34,967 nucleotides of DNA from an uncultured Iamiaceae bacterium (lineage in GTDB: Bacteria; Actinomycetota; Acidimicrobiia; Acidimicrobiales; DATDAH01), in contig CAYTJS010000002.1 in the NCBI GenBank assembly GCA_964438115.1, positions 1 through 34,967 on the forward strand. Direction: 5' to 3'. Shown here piece after piece: positions 16,563 through 24,595 of this stretch; position 1 is the first letter of the stretch, and every line of letters begins with the position of its first letter. The notes under the pieces are model-generated. The model did no database searches. It was given only the letters and a program-made list of their open reading frames with translations, and was not told the DNA's origin. Both the position numbers and the translations under genes were made by a program.

Positions 16563-17044
16563 CTGCGAGCGGCGCCAAGAGCGCTCGGAGCGATGAGGTC
16601 CGGGCGGTGATCCTGTGCGGCGCCCGCGCGGGGCTGGCTCGCTGGGACTTTGCCATCAGCGTCGAGGACGTGGCTGTTGCGGCTGGGGTCAGCCGCCGCA
16701 CCGTCTTTCGGTACTTCCACACCCGGGAGGCACTGCTCGCGGCAGCGATCGAGGACTCGATGCTCAGCTATGGCGACCACGTCCCCCGACCCGGACCGGA
16801 TGCCGACCTGGACGGGTGGCTGGCCGACGCACTTGTCGCAGCCCACCGGATGAACGCCCAATACGGCCGCGTCTACTTCGAGCTCGCTTCGGGAGCCGCT
16901 CCGGACGGGGTGATCGGCGACATCGCACGAGCCCGTCGGACCGCTCGTCGGGAGCTGGTGCGGCGGTTCACGGCGACCGCGTGGCGCCTTGCCCACGGGA
17001 CCGGCGATCCGCCGGACTGGGTGCAGGACGCTGTCGCCGTGTAG
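16556..17044 (+). CDS. TetR/AcrR-family transcriptional regulator, terminated early by an in-frame TAG
   Basis: ORF 16556..17044 (GTG start). HTH: ISVEDVAVAAGVSRRTVFRYFHTREALL. It encodes only 162 aa. The same frame stays open and coding-like after the TAG at 17042-17044. Confidence 0.75.
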   Translation: MAPASGAKSARSDEVRAVILCGARAGLARWDFAISVEDVAVAAGVSRRTVFRYFHTREALLAAAIEDSMLSYGDHVPRPGPDADLDGWLADALVAAHRMNAQYGRVYFELASGAAPDGVIGDIARARRTARRELVRRFTATAWRLAHGTGDPPDWVQDAVAV

Positions 17045-17206
17045 CTCTCCGCCTTCGCAACCGAGGCCCTCGGCCCCGACTTCGGCCGGGATCCCGACTC
17101 GGTCGGACGCTCGCTCGCCCGGGCTCTGGCGCATGCCGTACGGGGCGCCGCAGCCGAGGCGGTCCACGAGATCCAGGGGACGACCCGGCCGACGCCCTCC
17201 GCGTAG
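17045..17206 (+). pseudogene. In-frame, coding-like continuation of the TetR gene beyond the TAG (53 codons, high GC3)
   Basis: Translates as LSAFATEALGPDFGRDPDSVGRSLARALAHAVRGAAAEAVHEIQGTTRPTPSA and ends at TAG 17204-17206. Joined to the upstream part it gives ~216 aa, a normal TetR length. Confidence 0.55.
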
Positions 17207-17306
17207 GCTGCACCGTCGAACCTCGTCCGCTCCTCATCGCGCGGCGGCAGCGACGGTTCGATCGGGCGCACGGCGCGCCCTCGTCACGACACGATCGGAG
17301 GACCAC

Positions 17307-18902
17307 ATGCCCGGGTGGACATTTGCCGAGCTCTGGGAAGCTGCCGCCGACCACCTTCCCACCGCGCCCTTCGCCGTCCAGGGGGACCGCGTCGTCACCT
17401 GGGGCGAAGCGGATGGGAGAGCCGACGGGATCGCTCGGACCCTCCTCGACCGTGGCGCCATCAAGCAGGACAAGGTCGCTCAGCTCCTCTACAACTCGCC
17501 CGAGTACGTCGAGACCCTGTTCGCCTGCTTCAAGGCGTCGTTCGTGCCGGTGAACACGAACTACCGCTACACCGAGGACGAGCTCGTCTACCTCTGGGGC
17601 AACGCCGACGCCGTCGCGGTGGTGTTCCATGGCTGCTTCGTCGACACCATCGAGGCCATCCGCGACCGCGTGCCCTCGGTGACGACCTGGTTGTGGGTCG
17701 ACGACGGCTCCGCGCCGTGCCCCGACTGGGCGATGCGCTACGAGGCGGCAGCGTCCTGCGAGACCGACCGGGTGGTGCCCGACCATGGGCGTGACGGCGA
17801 CGATCTCTACCTGCTCTACACGGGCGGCACCACCGGCTTGCCCAAGGGCGTGATGTGGCGCCAGGACGACTTGGTCGTCACTCTGTGTCGCACGCTCGGC
17901 GGCGGGATCCCGACCGAACCCGACCCGAAGTTCGTGGAGGAGTCCTTCCTGCAACCGGGGCCGGTGGGCCTGCCAGCCTGCCCGCTCATGCACGGGACCG
18001 GCGCCTTCACGACCTTCGCCATCCTGTCCTCCGGCGGGTGCGTGGTGCTGCTCCCGTCGCGGCACTTCGACCCGGAGGAGCTGCTCGACGAGGTCGAGGC
18101 CAAGGGCGTGAACGCGATCGCCATCGTGGGCGACGCGTTCGCCAAGCCCATCCTCGGGTCCCTCGATGCGCACGAGGGTCGATGGGACCTGTCCTCGCTC
18201 ACCGCCATTACCTCCTCAGGTGTCATGTGGAGCGAGGAGACCAAGCAAGGCCTGCTGCGCCACAGCCCGAACACGGTGCTGATGGACGCGTTCTCCTCAT
18301 CCGAGGCGCTGGGGATGGGCCAGTCGATCTCCGGCGGCGGGGCTGCGGCCAAGACGGCCCGGTTCGAGCCCGGCCAGCACACCATCGTCGTCGACGACAG
18401 CGGTCGACGGATCACCGAGCCCGGCGTCATGGGTCGTTTGGCGGTGGGCGGCCGCCAGCCGATCGGCTACTACAAGGACGAGGAGAAGTCGGCCCGCACG
18501 TTCATCACCGTCGACGGGGCGAGGTACTCCTGCCCTGGCGACTACGCCACCCTGGAGGCCGACGGCACCATCAGCGTGCTGGGTCGCGGTTCGGTGTGCA
18601 TCAACACGGGAGGCGAGAAGGTCTTCCCCGAAGAGGTCGAAGAGGCGATCAAGACCCATGTCGAGGTGCGAGACGCCGTGGTGGTCGGGGTGCCCCACGA
18701 GCGGTTCGGCGAGATGGTCGTGGCGGTCGTGGAGCCCGACGGCGCACCACCGGCGGAGCAGGTCATCATCGGGCACGTGCGACAGCGGCTCGCCGCCTAC
18801 AAGGCGCCGCGACGGGTGCTCACCGTCGACACGATCGGGCGAGCAGCGAACGGGAAGGTCGACTACGGGCGCCTGCGCGACCTCGCCACCGCCATGATCT
18901 GA
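17307..18902 (+). CDS. Acyl-CoA synthetase (AMP-forming, FadD-like) 2
   Basis: Lies within ORF 16989..18902. The ATG at 17307 is 5 nt after GGAGG. Motifs: YTGGTTGLPKG, INTGGEKVFPEEVE, C-terminal NGKVDY. 531 aa. Confidence 0.88.
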   Translation: MPGWTFAELWEAAADHLPTAPFAVQGDRVVTWGEADGRADGIARTLLDRGAIKQDKVAQLLYNSPEYVETLFACFKASFVPVNTNYRYTEDELVYLWGNADAVAVVFHGCFVDTIEAIRDRVPSVTTWLWVDDGSAPCPDWAMRYEAAASCETDRVVPDHGRDGDDLYLLYTGGTTGLPKGVMWRQDDLVVTLCRTLGGGIPTEPDPKFVEESFLQPGPVGLPACPLMHGTGAFTTFAILSSGGCVVLLPSRHFDPEELLDEVEAKGVNAIAIVGDAFAKPILGSLDAHEGRWDLSSLTAITSSGVMWSEETKQGLLRHSPNTVLMDAFSSSEALGMGQSISGGGAAAKTARFEPGQHTIVVDDSGRRITEPGVMGRLAVGGRQPIGYYKDEEKSARTFITVDGARYSCPGDYATLEADGTISVLGRGSVCINTGGEKVFPEEVEEAIKTHVEVRDAVVVGVPHERFGEMVVAVVEPDGAPPAEQVIIGHVRQRLAAYKAPRRVLTVDTIGRAANGKVDYGRLRDLATAMI

Positions 18903-18907
18903 ACGCC

Positions 18908-18923
18908 GCGTCGAGATCGACGC
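18908..18923 (+). terminator. Stop-proximal palindrome GCGTCGA-ga-TCGACGC
   Basis: Perfect 7-bp arms, 5 nt after the FadD-2 stop. There is no U-tract. It could be an RNA hairpin or a protein-binding site. Confidence 0.15.
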
Positions 18924-18961
18924 CTCGCGAGTCCAGGATGACGGACCGAGGATCCGTGGAA

Positions 18962-18990
18962 TTGTCTCTTGGCGAAGCACCTGACAGGAT
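18962..18990 (+). promoter_or_regulatory. Putative promoter: TTGTCT (-35) N14 TGA CAGGAT (extended -10)
   Basis: Same bipartite architecture and spacing as 12027-12055, and the flanks also partly align. It lies ~35 nt upstream of the ATG at 19025. Confidence 0.35.
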
Positions 18991-19005
18991 CTGTGTCGTC
19001 CTGTC
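18983..19005. promoter_or_regulatory. Inverted repeat GACAGGA-N9-TCCTGTC overlapping the putative -10 (candidate operator)
   Basis: Perfect 7-bp arms read directly. It lies between the putative -10 and the SD of the second Ltp-like gene. Confidence 0.3.
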
Positions 19006-19024
19006 CCGTGCACTCGGAGGGTTC

Positions 19025-20227
19025 ATGCCACGCGCAGGCGCACCGGCGGGTCAGGGGCCGTGGGGCTCGTCCGCCATCGTGGGGATCGGCGAGACGGACT
19101 ACGTCCGCGGCACCGACGAGCACGTCTGCGATCTCATCCTCGATGCTTCGATGGAGGCGATCCGTGACGCCGGCTTGACTCCCGCCGACATCGATGGCGT
19201 CATCCCACCGCCGGGGTTCATGAGCACCGAGGAGATCGCAGCCAACCTGGGGATCCCCGACGTCGCCTACCACGTGAGCGTGCTGATGGGGGGCGCATCG
19301 CCGACCGCGTCGCTGCAGACCGCGGCCACCGCAGTCAGCGCCGGCCTCGCTCGGGCCGTGTTGGTCACGTTCGGCTGGAACGGGTACTCGGCGCTACGGC
19401 CGAAGCCCGACGCACGACGCACGAGTCGAACGATGAACCTCGGCCCGATGGGTGAGGCCGTTCGCAACTTCTTCGCTCCCTACGGGCTCATGTCCGCAGC
19501 GCAGCACTACAGCCTGTACCTGCGCCGTTACGTCGAGGTCCATGGCGTTCCCGAGGACGCCGCCGCCGAGGTGGCGCTGACGTGCCGAGCACACGCCCAG
19601 AACAACGAGAAGGCGCTGATGCGAGGCCGGCCGCTGACGCGAAGCGAGTACGACGCCTCGCCGTTCATCGCCGAACCGCTGCGAAAGTTCGATTGCTGCC
19701 TGGAGACCGACTGCGCTGCCGCTGTGGTCGTGACGTCGCTGGAGCGGGCACGCGACCTCGCCCACCCGCCCGTCGTCTACCTCGGCGGCGCCGAGGGACA
19801 CCCCCAGCCGGCCGACGAGATCATCGGTCGGGCCGACCTGCTCGAGCTCGGCATCCACCGCGCCGCTCCCCGAGCGTTCGGTCGGGCCGGCGTGAAGCCG
19901 CACGACATCGATGTGCTCCAGATCTACGACTGCTTCACCTATGTGGTGTTGCTGCAGTTGGAAGCCCTCGGCTACGCGGAGGCGGGTGGTGCCGCCGACT
20001 TCGTGGCCGGGGGGACCATCGCCATGTCGGGTCGGTTCCCCATGAACACCCACGGCGGACTGCTCGCCCAAGGACACTGCTGGGGTCTCAACCACCTCGT
20101 GGAGGCGACCCGGCAGCTGCGCGACGACGCCGGGCCTGCCCAGGTCGACGGCGCGGAGCTGGTGCTGGTCACGGGCTACGGCGACCTGGGTGACGGAAGT
20201 GTCGCCATCCTGGCGGTGGACCGATGA
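19025..20227 (+). CDS. Thiolase-superfamily Ltp/SCP2-thiolase-like protein, DUF35 partner (second pair)
   Basis: Lies within ORF 17855..20227. The ATG at 19025 follows GGAGGG. Motifs: SSAIVGIGETDY, QIYDCF, NTHGGLLAQGH. 400 aa. The stop overlaps the DUF35 start (ATGA). Confidence 0.8.
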   Translation: MPRAGAPAGQGPWGSSAIVGIGETDYVRGTDEHVCDLILDASMEAIRDAGLTPADIDGVIPPPGFMSTEEIAANLGIPDVAYHVSVLMGGASPTASLQTAATAVSAGLARAVLVTFGWNGYSALRPKPDARRTSRTMNLGPMGEAVRNFFAPYGLMSAAQHYSLYLRRYVEVHGVPEDAAAEVALTCRAHAQNNEKALMRGRPLTRSEYDASPFIAEPLRKFDCCLETDCAAAVVVTSLERARDLAHPPVVYLGGAEGHPQPADEIIGRADLLELGIHRAAPRAFGRAGVKPHDIDVLQIYDCFTYVVLLQLEALGYAEAGGAADFVAGGTIAMSGRFPMNTHGGLLAQGHCWGLNHLVEATRQLRDDAGPAQVDGAELVLVTGYGDLGDGSVAILAVDR

Positions 20228-20631
20228 GCAGCGGCACGTACGTCCCCAAACCGGAGTGGCTCGCGCTCGACTGGCACCACGCCTGCCTGGCTGCCGGGGC
20301 CCTCACGATCCAACGATGCTCGGCCTGCGGACGCTGGCGCCACCAGCCGCGCCGGTTCTGCCCGGCCTGCGCCAGTCGCGAGGCATCGTTCGAGCCGGTG
20401 GCGGGCAGCGGGGTCGTCTGCTCGCTCGCCGTCAGCCACCGGAGCATGGACCCCGGCTGGCAGGAACAGGCACCCTACGCGACCCTCGTGGTCGAGCTCA
20501 CCGAAGGCCCGCGGGTGCTCGCCGCCACGCACGCCGCCCCCGACGAGGTGGGCATCGGCACCGCTGTGCATTGCACCCCCGAGCGTCGCTCCGACGACTT
20601 CGTGATGCTCTGGGCCGAGCCCACCGCCTGA
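20224..20631 (+). CDS. DUF35 OB-fold/Zn-ribbon protein (second pair)
   Basis: ORF 20224..20631, 135 aa. CxxC...CxxC ribbon: RCSACGRWRHQPRRFCPAC. Confidence 0.82.
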   Translation: MSSGTYVPKPEWLALDWHHACLAAGALTIQRCSACGRWRHQPRRFCPACASREASFEPVAGSGVVCSLAVSHRSMDPGWQEQAPYATLVVELTEGPRVLAATHAAPDEVGIGTAVHCTPERRSDDFVMLWAEPTA

Positions 20632-20633
20632 CC

Positions 20634-20649
20634 GCGCCGGACCCGGCGC
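20634..20649 (+). terminator. Stop-proximal palindrome GCGCCGG-ac-CCGGCGC
   Basis: Perfect 7-bp arms, 2 nt after the DUF35-2 stop. There is no U-tract. Confidence 0.15.
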
Positions 20650-20738
20650 CCAAGCCGCGATGCTCGGGGCTCCAACGTGAAGCAGTAGACAGTTGGAGTG
20701 TAGTGTGTCTTCGGGGTCGCACCATCCCGGGGGAAGAC

Positions 20739-22733
20739 GTGCTCGAGATCGAAGCCGCCGTCAGCGGAATCTTCACCGGTGGCAGTTACGCGCTCATGGG
20801 TGTTGCCATCACCCTCATGTTCCGCTCGACAGGGGTGCTGTCCTTTGCTCATGCCGCCTTCGCGGCGGTGGCCGCGTACCTGTATGTCGACTTCTCTCAG
20901 CGGGGATGGGCACTGCCCCTCGCGGCGGCGGTGGCCGTAGCGATTGCCACGGCCTACGGACTCGTCGTCGAGCGCATCGCCGTGCGTCCTCTGGTCGGGG
21001 CCAACCCTGCCACTCGGCTCATCGCCACGCTCGGCGTCTTGACGACCACGTCGGGTCTGTTGCTGTGGCACTACGGATTCGCTCCCATGATAGCCGAACC
21101 GCTGCTGCCGGAGGGGTCGATCTCCGTCGTCGACGTCCAGGTGTCCTACCAGAAGATGGGAGTGCTGATCGCCGCCGCGGCCACGGCCGCGTCGATGGCC
21201 TGGTTCCTCGCCCGCACCCGCTTCGGAACGGGGCTACGAGCCGTCGCCCAGGATCCCGAGGTGGCTCGGCTCCATGGCGTCTCGCTGGGCGCGGTCGCCC
21301 GCTTCAACTGGGGCCTCGGCGCGTTCCTGTCCGCCGTCGCGGGGATCCTCGTGGCGCCGCTGCAGACCGTGAACGTCGGTACCTTCACGCTGCTGCTCAT
21401 CAGTTCGTTGGCCGGCACCCTGGTCGGCGGCTTGTACTCACTGCCGCTCACCTTCGTCGGCGGCCTGCTGGTCGGCGTGGTCGAAGCCGTCGCCGCCGTG
21501 CGGTTCGACCAGCCCGGCATGGTCGAGGTCGCCGTGCTCGCCCTCGTGCTCGTCGTGCTGGTCGCCCGCCGCACCTGGCCCGCCGCGCCCTCAGCGTTCA
21601 CCGGCGACAGCCCTCCCCGTACTCGGCTTCGTCTCCCGGTGCCCGGTGAGCTGCGCTACGTGGCCTTCGCCGCGATCGGCGCCGGTGCGGTGCTCGCGGT
21701 CATGGTTCCGGCCGGCTCCACGTACTGGTCCTTCGTCGGCGCTCGCACGCTGTTCTTCGTCATCGAGACACTCGGCTTGGTGATGCTCGTCGGATGGGGT
21801 GGCCAGGTCAGCCTCATGCAGGGTGCCTACGTGGGGGTCGGCGCACTCGGAACCGGCTATCTGGTCGTCGAGCGCGGGCTGCCGCTCGGGGCCGCCCTGC
21901 TCCTGAGCGCCCTGGCGGGCACGGCGCTCGGCGCCGTGGCCGGGCTGCCGGCACTGCGACTCTCGGGCCTGCAGTTCGCCGTGGCCTCGCTCGCCTTCTC
22001 CGCCGCTGCGGCCGCATGGCTGTTCGAACGCCCCGAGATCCCCTCGTCGATGCCGCGCTCCGACCTGTTCGGCGTAGACCTGTCCAGCGACACCTCGGTG
22101 TACTTCGTGATGCTCGCGCTGACGGTGCTGCTGCTGGTCGCTGCGTCCAACCTGCGCCGCTCGGTGCAGGGTCGGTTCCTGATCGCCGCGCGCGACGCCC
22201 CGGAGGCCGTGGAGCACCTCGGGGCCTCGGCGACTCGCATCCGGATGGGTGTCTTCCTCGTCGCGGCGTTCACCGCGACGCTCGGCGGAGGTCTCTACGC
22301 CGTGCTGATCACCGGCCTCTCCCCGACGGACTTCGCAGCAACCCTGTCGCTGTCGCTGCTCGTCTACACGGTGGTCGGTGGCAGCACGTCCGTCGCCGGC
22401 CCGGTGCTCGCCGGGCTCGTGTTCGGGCTCCTCCCCCAGGTCACCCAGGAGAGTGCCGGCGGCGCGGCCGACGCCGTGCCCGACATCATCGCCGGCGCCG
22501 CGTTGCTGCTGGTGCTGGCGGTCCGTCCCGAGGGTCTAGCCTCGTTCCTGCCCCGGGTCTCCTCGCTCGGCTCGCCGCCGGTGAGCCCCCCGGCGCCCGT
22601 CATCGCCTCGGCGGTCAGGACCCGCCTGCGCGAGGCCCGACCGCCCAGCGCCGGAGCCATCCGGGTCGCCGCGCGCTCACATCGCTATCAGCAGTCCAAC
22701 CCTGGAGATGCCCATGTCCCAAGATCTCGCTGA
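20739..22733 (+). CDS. Branched-chain-amino-acid-type (HAAT family) ABC permease, LivH-LivM fused in one polypeptide
   Basis: Lies within ORF 20190..22733. The GTG at 20739 follows GGGGGAAG. The N half is LivH-like (GGSYALMGVAITLMFRSTGVLSFAH...). The C half is LivM-like (LVGWGGQVSLMQGAYVGVGA...). No stop separates the halves. ~664 aa. Confidence 0.8.
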   Translation: MLEIEAAVSGIFTGGSYALMGVAITLMFRSTGVLSFAHAAFAAVAAYLYVDFSQRGWALPLAAAVAVAIATAYGLVVERIAVRPLVGANPATRLIATLGVLTTTSGLLLWHYGFAPMIAEPLLPEGSISVVDVQVSYQKMGVLIAAAATAASMAWFLARTRFGTGLRAVAQDPEVARLHGVSLGAVARFNWGLGAFLSAVAGILVAPLQTVNVGTFTLLLISSLAGTLVGGLYSLPLTFVGGLLVGVVEAVAAVRFDQPGMVEVAVLALVLVVLVARRTWPAAPSAFTGDSPPRTRLRLPVPGELRYVAFAAIGAGAVLAVMVPAGSTYWSFVGARTLFFVIETLGLVMLVGWGGQVSLMQGAYVGVGALGTGYLVVERGLPLGAALLLSALAGTALGAVAGLPALRLSGLQFAVASLAFSAAAAAWLFERPEIPSSMPRSDLFGVDLSSDTSVYFVMLALTVLLLVAASNLRRSVQGRFLIAARDAPEAVEHLGASATRIRMGVFLVAAFTATLGGGLYAVLITGLSPTDFAATLSLSLLVYTVVGGSTSVAGPVLAGLVFGLLPQVTQESAGGAADAVPDIIAGAALLLVLAVRPEGLASFLPRVSSLGSPPVSPPAPVIASAVRTRLREARPPSAGAIRVAARSHRYQQSNPGDAHVPRSR

Positions 22734-23097
22734 GCACCCGTTGCGCGACCGAGACCATCACAGCCGCTCGGGCCGGCTCTCCGGGTTCGCGTCCCCGATC
22801 GCCCTCGCGCTCGCCGGCACTGCGCTGCTCGCCGCCGGGTACTGGGGGGCGTCTGACACCGTCAGTCCCGGCGACCAGATCCCCTACCTCGCGTCAGGCA
22901 CGATCCCAGGCGCAACGATGGTGATCACCGCCGCCGTGCTGCTGCTCCGGATCGAATCCCGACGCGCCCGCGACGAGGCAGCCGGCGTCGCCGCACGCCT
23001 CGACGCCCTCGTCGAGTGGCTCGTCGGCGCGAGCGACGCACCCGAGGAGCCAGAGGAAGACCGCACGACCGGGACCGACGCACCCCTGCGCTCGTGA
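22714..23097 (+). CDS. Small hypothetical membrane protein (2 predicted TM helices) inside the Liv operon
   Basis: ORF 22708..23097. The ATG at 22714 has GGAG 6 nt upstream, and 22708 is an alternative start. GC3 is high. The hydrophobic stretches are FASPIALALAGTALLAAGYWG and IPGATMVITAAVLLLRI, followed by an acidic tail. It overlaps the permease end and the LivG start (GTGA). Confidence 0.5.
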   Translation: MSQDLAEHPLRDRDHHSRSGRLSGFASPIALALAGTALLAAGYWGASDTVSPGDQIPYLASGTIPGATMVITAAVLLLRIESRRARDEAAGVAARLDALVEWLVGASDAPEEPEEDRTTGTDAPLRS

Positions 23098-23870
23098 CGA
23101 CCGTCGAACCGTTGCTGTCCGTGCGCGACATCACCGTGCGCTTCGGGGGCCTCGTCGCCAACGACCGCGTCACCCTCGACGTGGCGCCGGGCGAGGTCAG
23201 CGCCATCATCGGCCCGAACGGGGCCGGCAAGACGACACTGTTCAACGTCCTCACCGGTGCCCAGCCATCGACGTCGGGGCGCGTCGTCTACGAAGGAACG
23301 GACATCACCCACCTGTCGCCGAGGCGCCGGGCGCACCTCGGGATCGCCCGCACGTTCCAGAACCTCGCCCTGGTCCCGACCCTGACCGTGCTCGAGAACG
23401 TCTCCATCGGACTCGGACGGTACCGGCGCACCGGCGTGCTCGGCGCCCTCCTGCGCAGTCCACGCACGCGGGCGGAGGATGCCGTGGTCGACCAGATCGC
23501 GTACGGCGCCCTTGCCCTCACCGGCCTCGCCCGCGACGCCCACGTTCCTGCGGGGGCGCTGTCGTACGGCGGCCGCCGTCGGGTCGAGTTCGCTCGGGCG
23601 CTGGCCATGCGTCCTCGCCTGCTGCTGCTCGACGAGCCTTCGGCGGGCATGGGCGAGGCCGAGACGGAGGCGTTCGTCGACGCACTTCGCCGCGCCGCCG
23701 ACGCACTCGATCTCACCGTGTTGGTGGTCGAGCACGACATGACCTTCGTCCGGTCCATCGCCACCCGCACCGCCGTGCTGGACTTCGGCTCCGTGGTGAC
23801 ATCCGGCCCCACCGCAGAGGTGCTCTCCGACGCCCGGGTCGCCGAGGCGTACCTGGGGAGCCAGGCATGA
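23094..23870 (+). CDS. livG: ABC transporter ATP-binding protein, LivG type
   Basis: Lies within ORF 23016..23870, GTG at 23094. Motifs: RFGGLVANDRV, Walker A GPNGAGKTT, signature LSYGGRRRVE, Walker B LLLLDEPSAG. 258 aa. Confidence 0.88.
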   Translation: MTTVEPLLSVRDITVRFGGLVANDRVTLDVAPGEVSAIIGPNGAGKTTLFNVLTGAQPSTSGRVVYEGTDITHLSPRRRAHLGIARTFQNLALVPTLTVLENVSIGLGRYRRTGVLGALLRSPRTRAEDAVVDQIAYGALALTGLARDAHVPAGALSYGGRRRVEFARALAMRPRLLLLDEPSAGMGEAETEAFVDALRRAADALDLTVLVVEHDMTFVRSIATRTAVLDFGSVVTSGPTAEVLSDARVAEAYLGSQA

Positions 23871-24595
23871 TCCTCGAGGTCGACTCCCTCGTGGTGCGCT
23901 ACGGCGATGTCACCGCAGTGCGCGGCGTCGACCTGTCGATCGACGCCGGCAAGGCGTTGGCGGTGCTGGGTCGGAACGGCGCCGGCAAGTCCTCCACCCT
24001 GCGAGGCATCGCCGGGGCGGCCGTGCCGTCGGAGGGCTGCGTGCACATCGACGGCGTCGACGTGGCCGCCATGCGGGCCGATGACCGGGTTCGACACGGC
24101 ATTGTCCTCGTCCCGGAGGGCCGCCGTCTGTTCCCCCAGATGTCGGTCCGGGAGAACCTCTGCGTCGGTGCCTACCTCCGCAAGCTCCGTCCTGCTGCCC
24201 TCGACGCCGAGATCGAGCGGGTCACCGAGCACCTGCCCCGAGTGCGGGAGCGCCTCGACCAGCGGGCGGACAGCCTGTCGGGCGGCGAGCAGCAGCTCGT
24301 GGCGATCGCGCGTGGCCTGATGGCCCGCCCACGCGTCCTGATGGCCGACGAGCCCTCGCTCGGACTGGCCCCCACCGTCGTCGACAGCATGTACGAGCTG
24401 TTCCGCTCGCTGCTCGCCGAGGGACTCACCCTCGTCGTCGTGGAGCAGTACGTCGGTGTCGCCCTCGCCCTGGCCGATCGCGCTGTCGTGATCGATCAGG
24501 GCCAAGTCGCCCTGTCCGGGTCTGCGGCCGAACTGGCCGAGTCGCCCGAGATCTGGCGTGTCTACCTGTCCGGCTCCGAGGAGGATCCCACATGA
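23867..24595 (+). CDS. livF: ABC transporter ATP-binding protein, LivF type
   Basis: ORF 23867..24595, with an ATGA overlap. Motifs: Walker A GRNGAGKSS, signature LSGGEQQ, Walker B VLMADEPSLG. Confidence 0.88.
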   Translation: MILEVDSLVVRYGDVTAVRGVDLSIDAGKALAVLGRNGAGKSSTLRGIAGAAVPSEGCVHIDGVDVAAMRADDRVRHGIVLVPEGRRLFPQMSVRENLCVGAYLRKLRPAALDAEIERVTEHLPRVRERLDQRADSLSGGEQQLVAIARGLMARPRVLMADEPSLGLAPTVVDSMYELFRSLLAEGLTLVVVEQYVGVALALADRAVVIDQGQVALSGSAAELAESPEIWRVYLSGSEEDPT

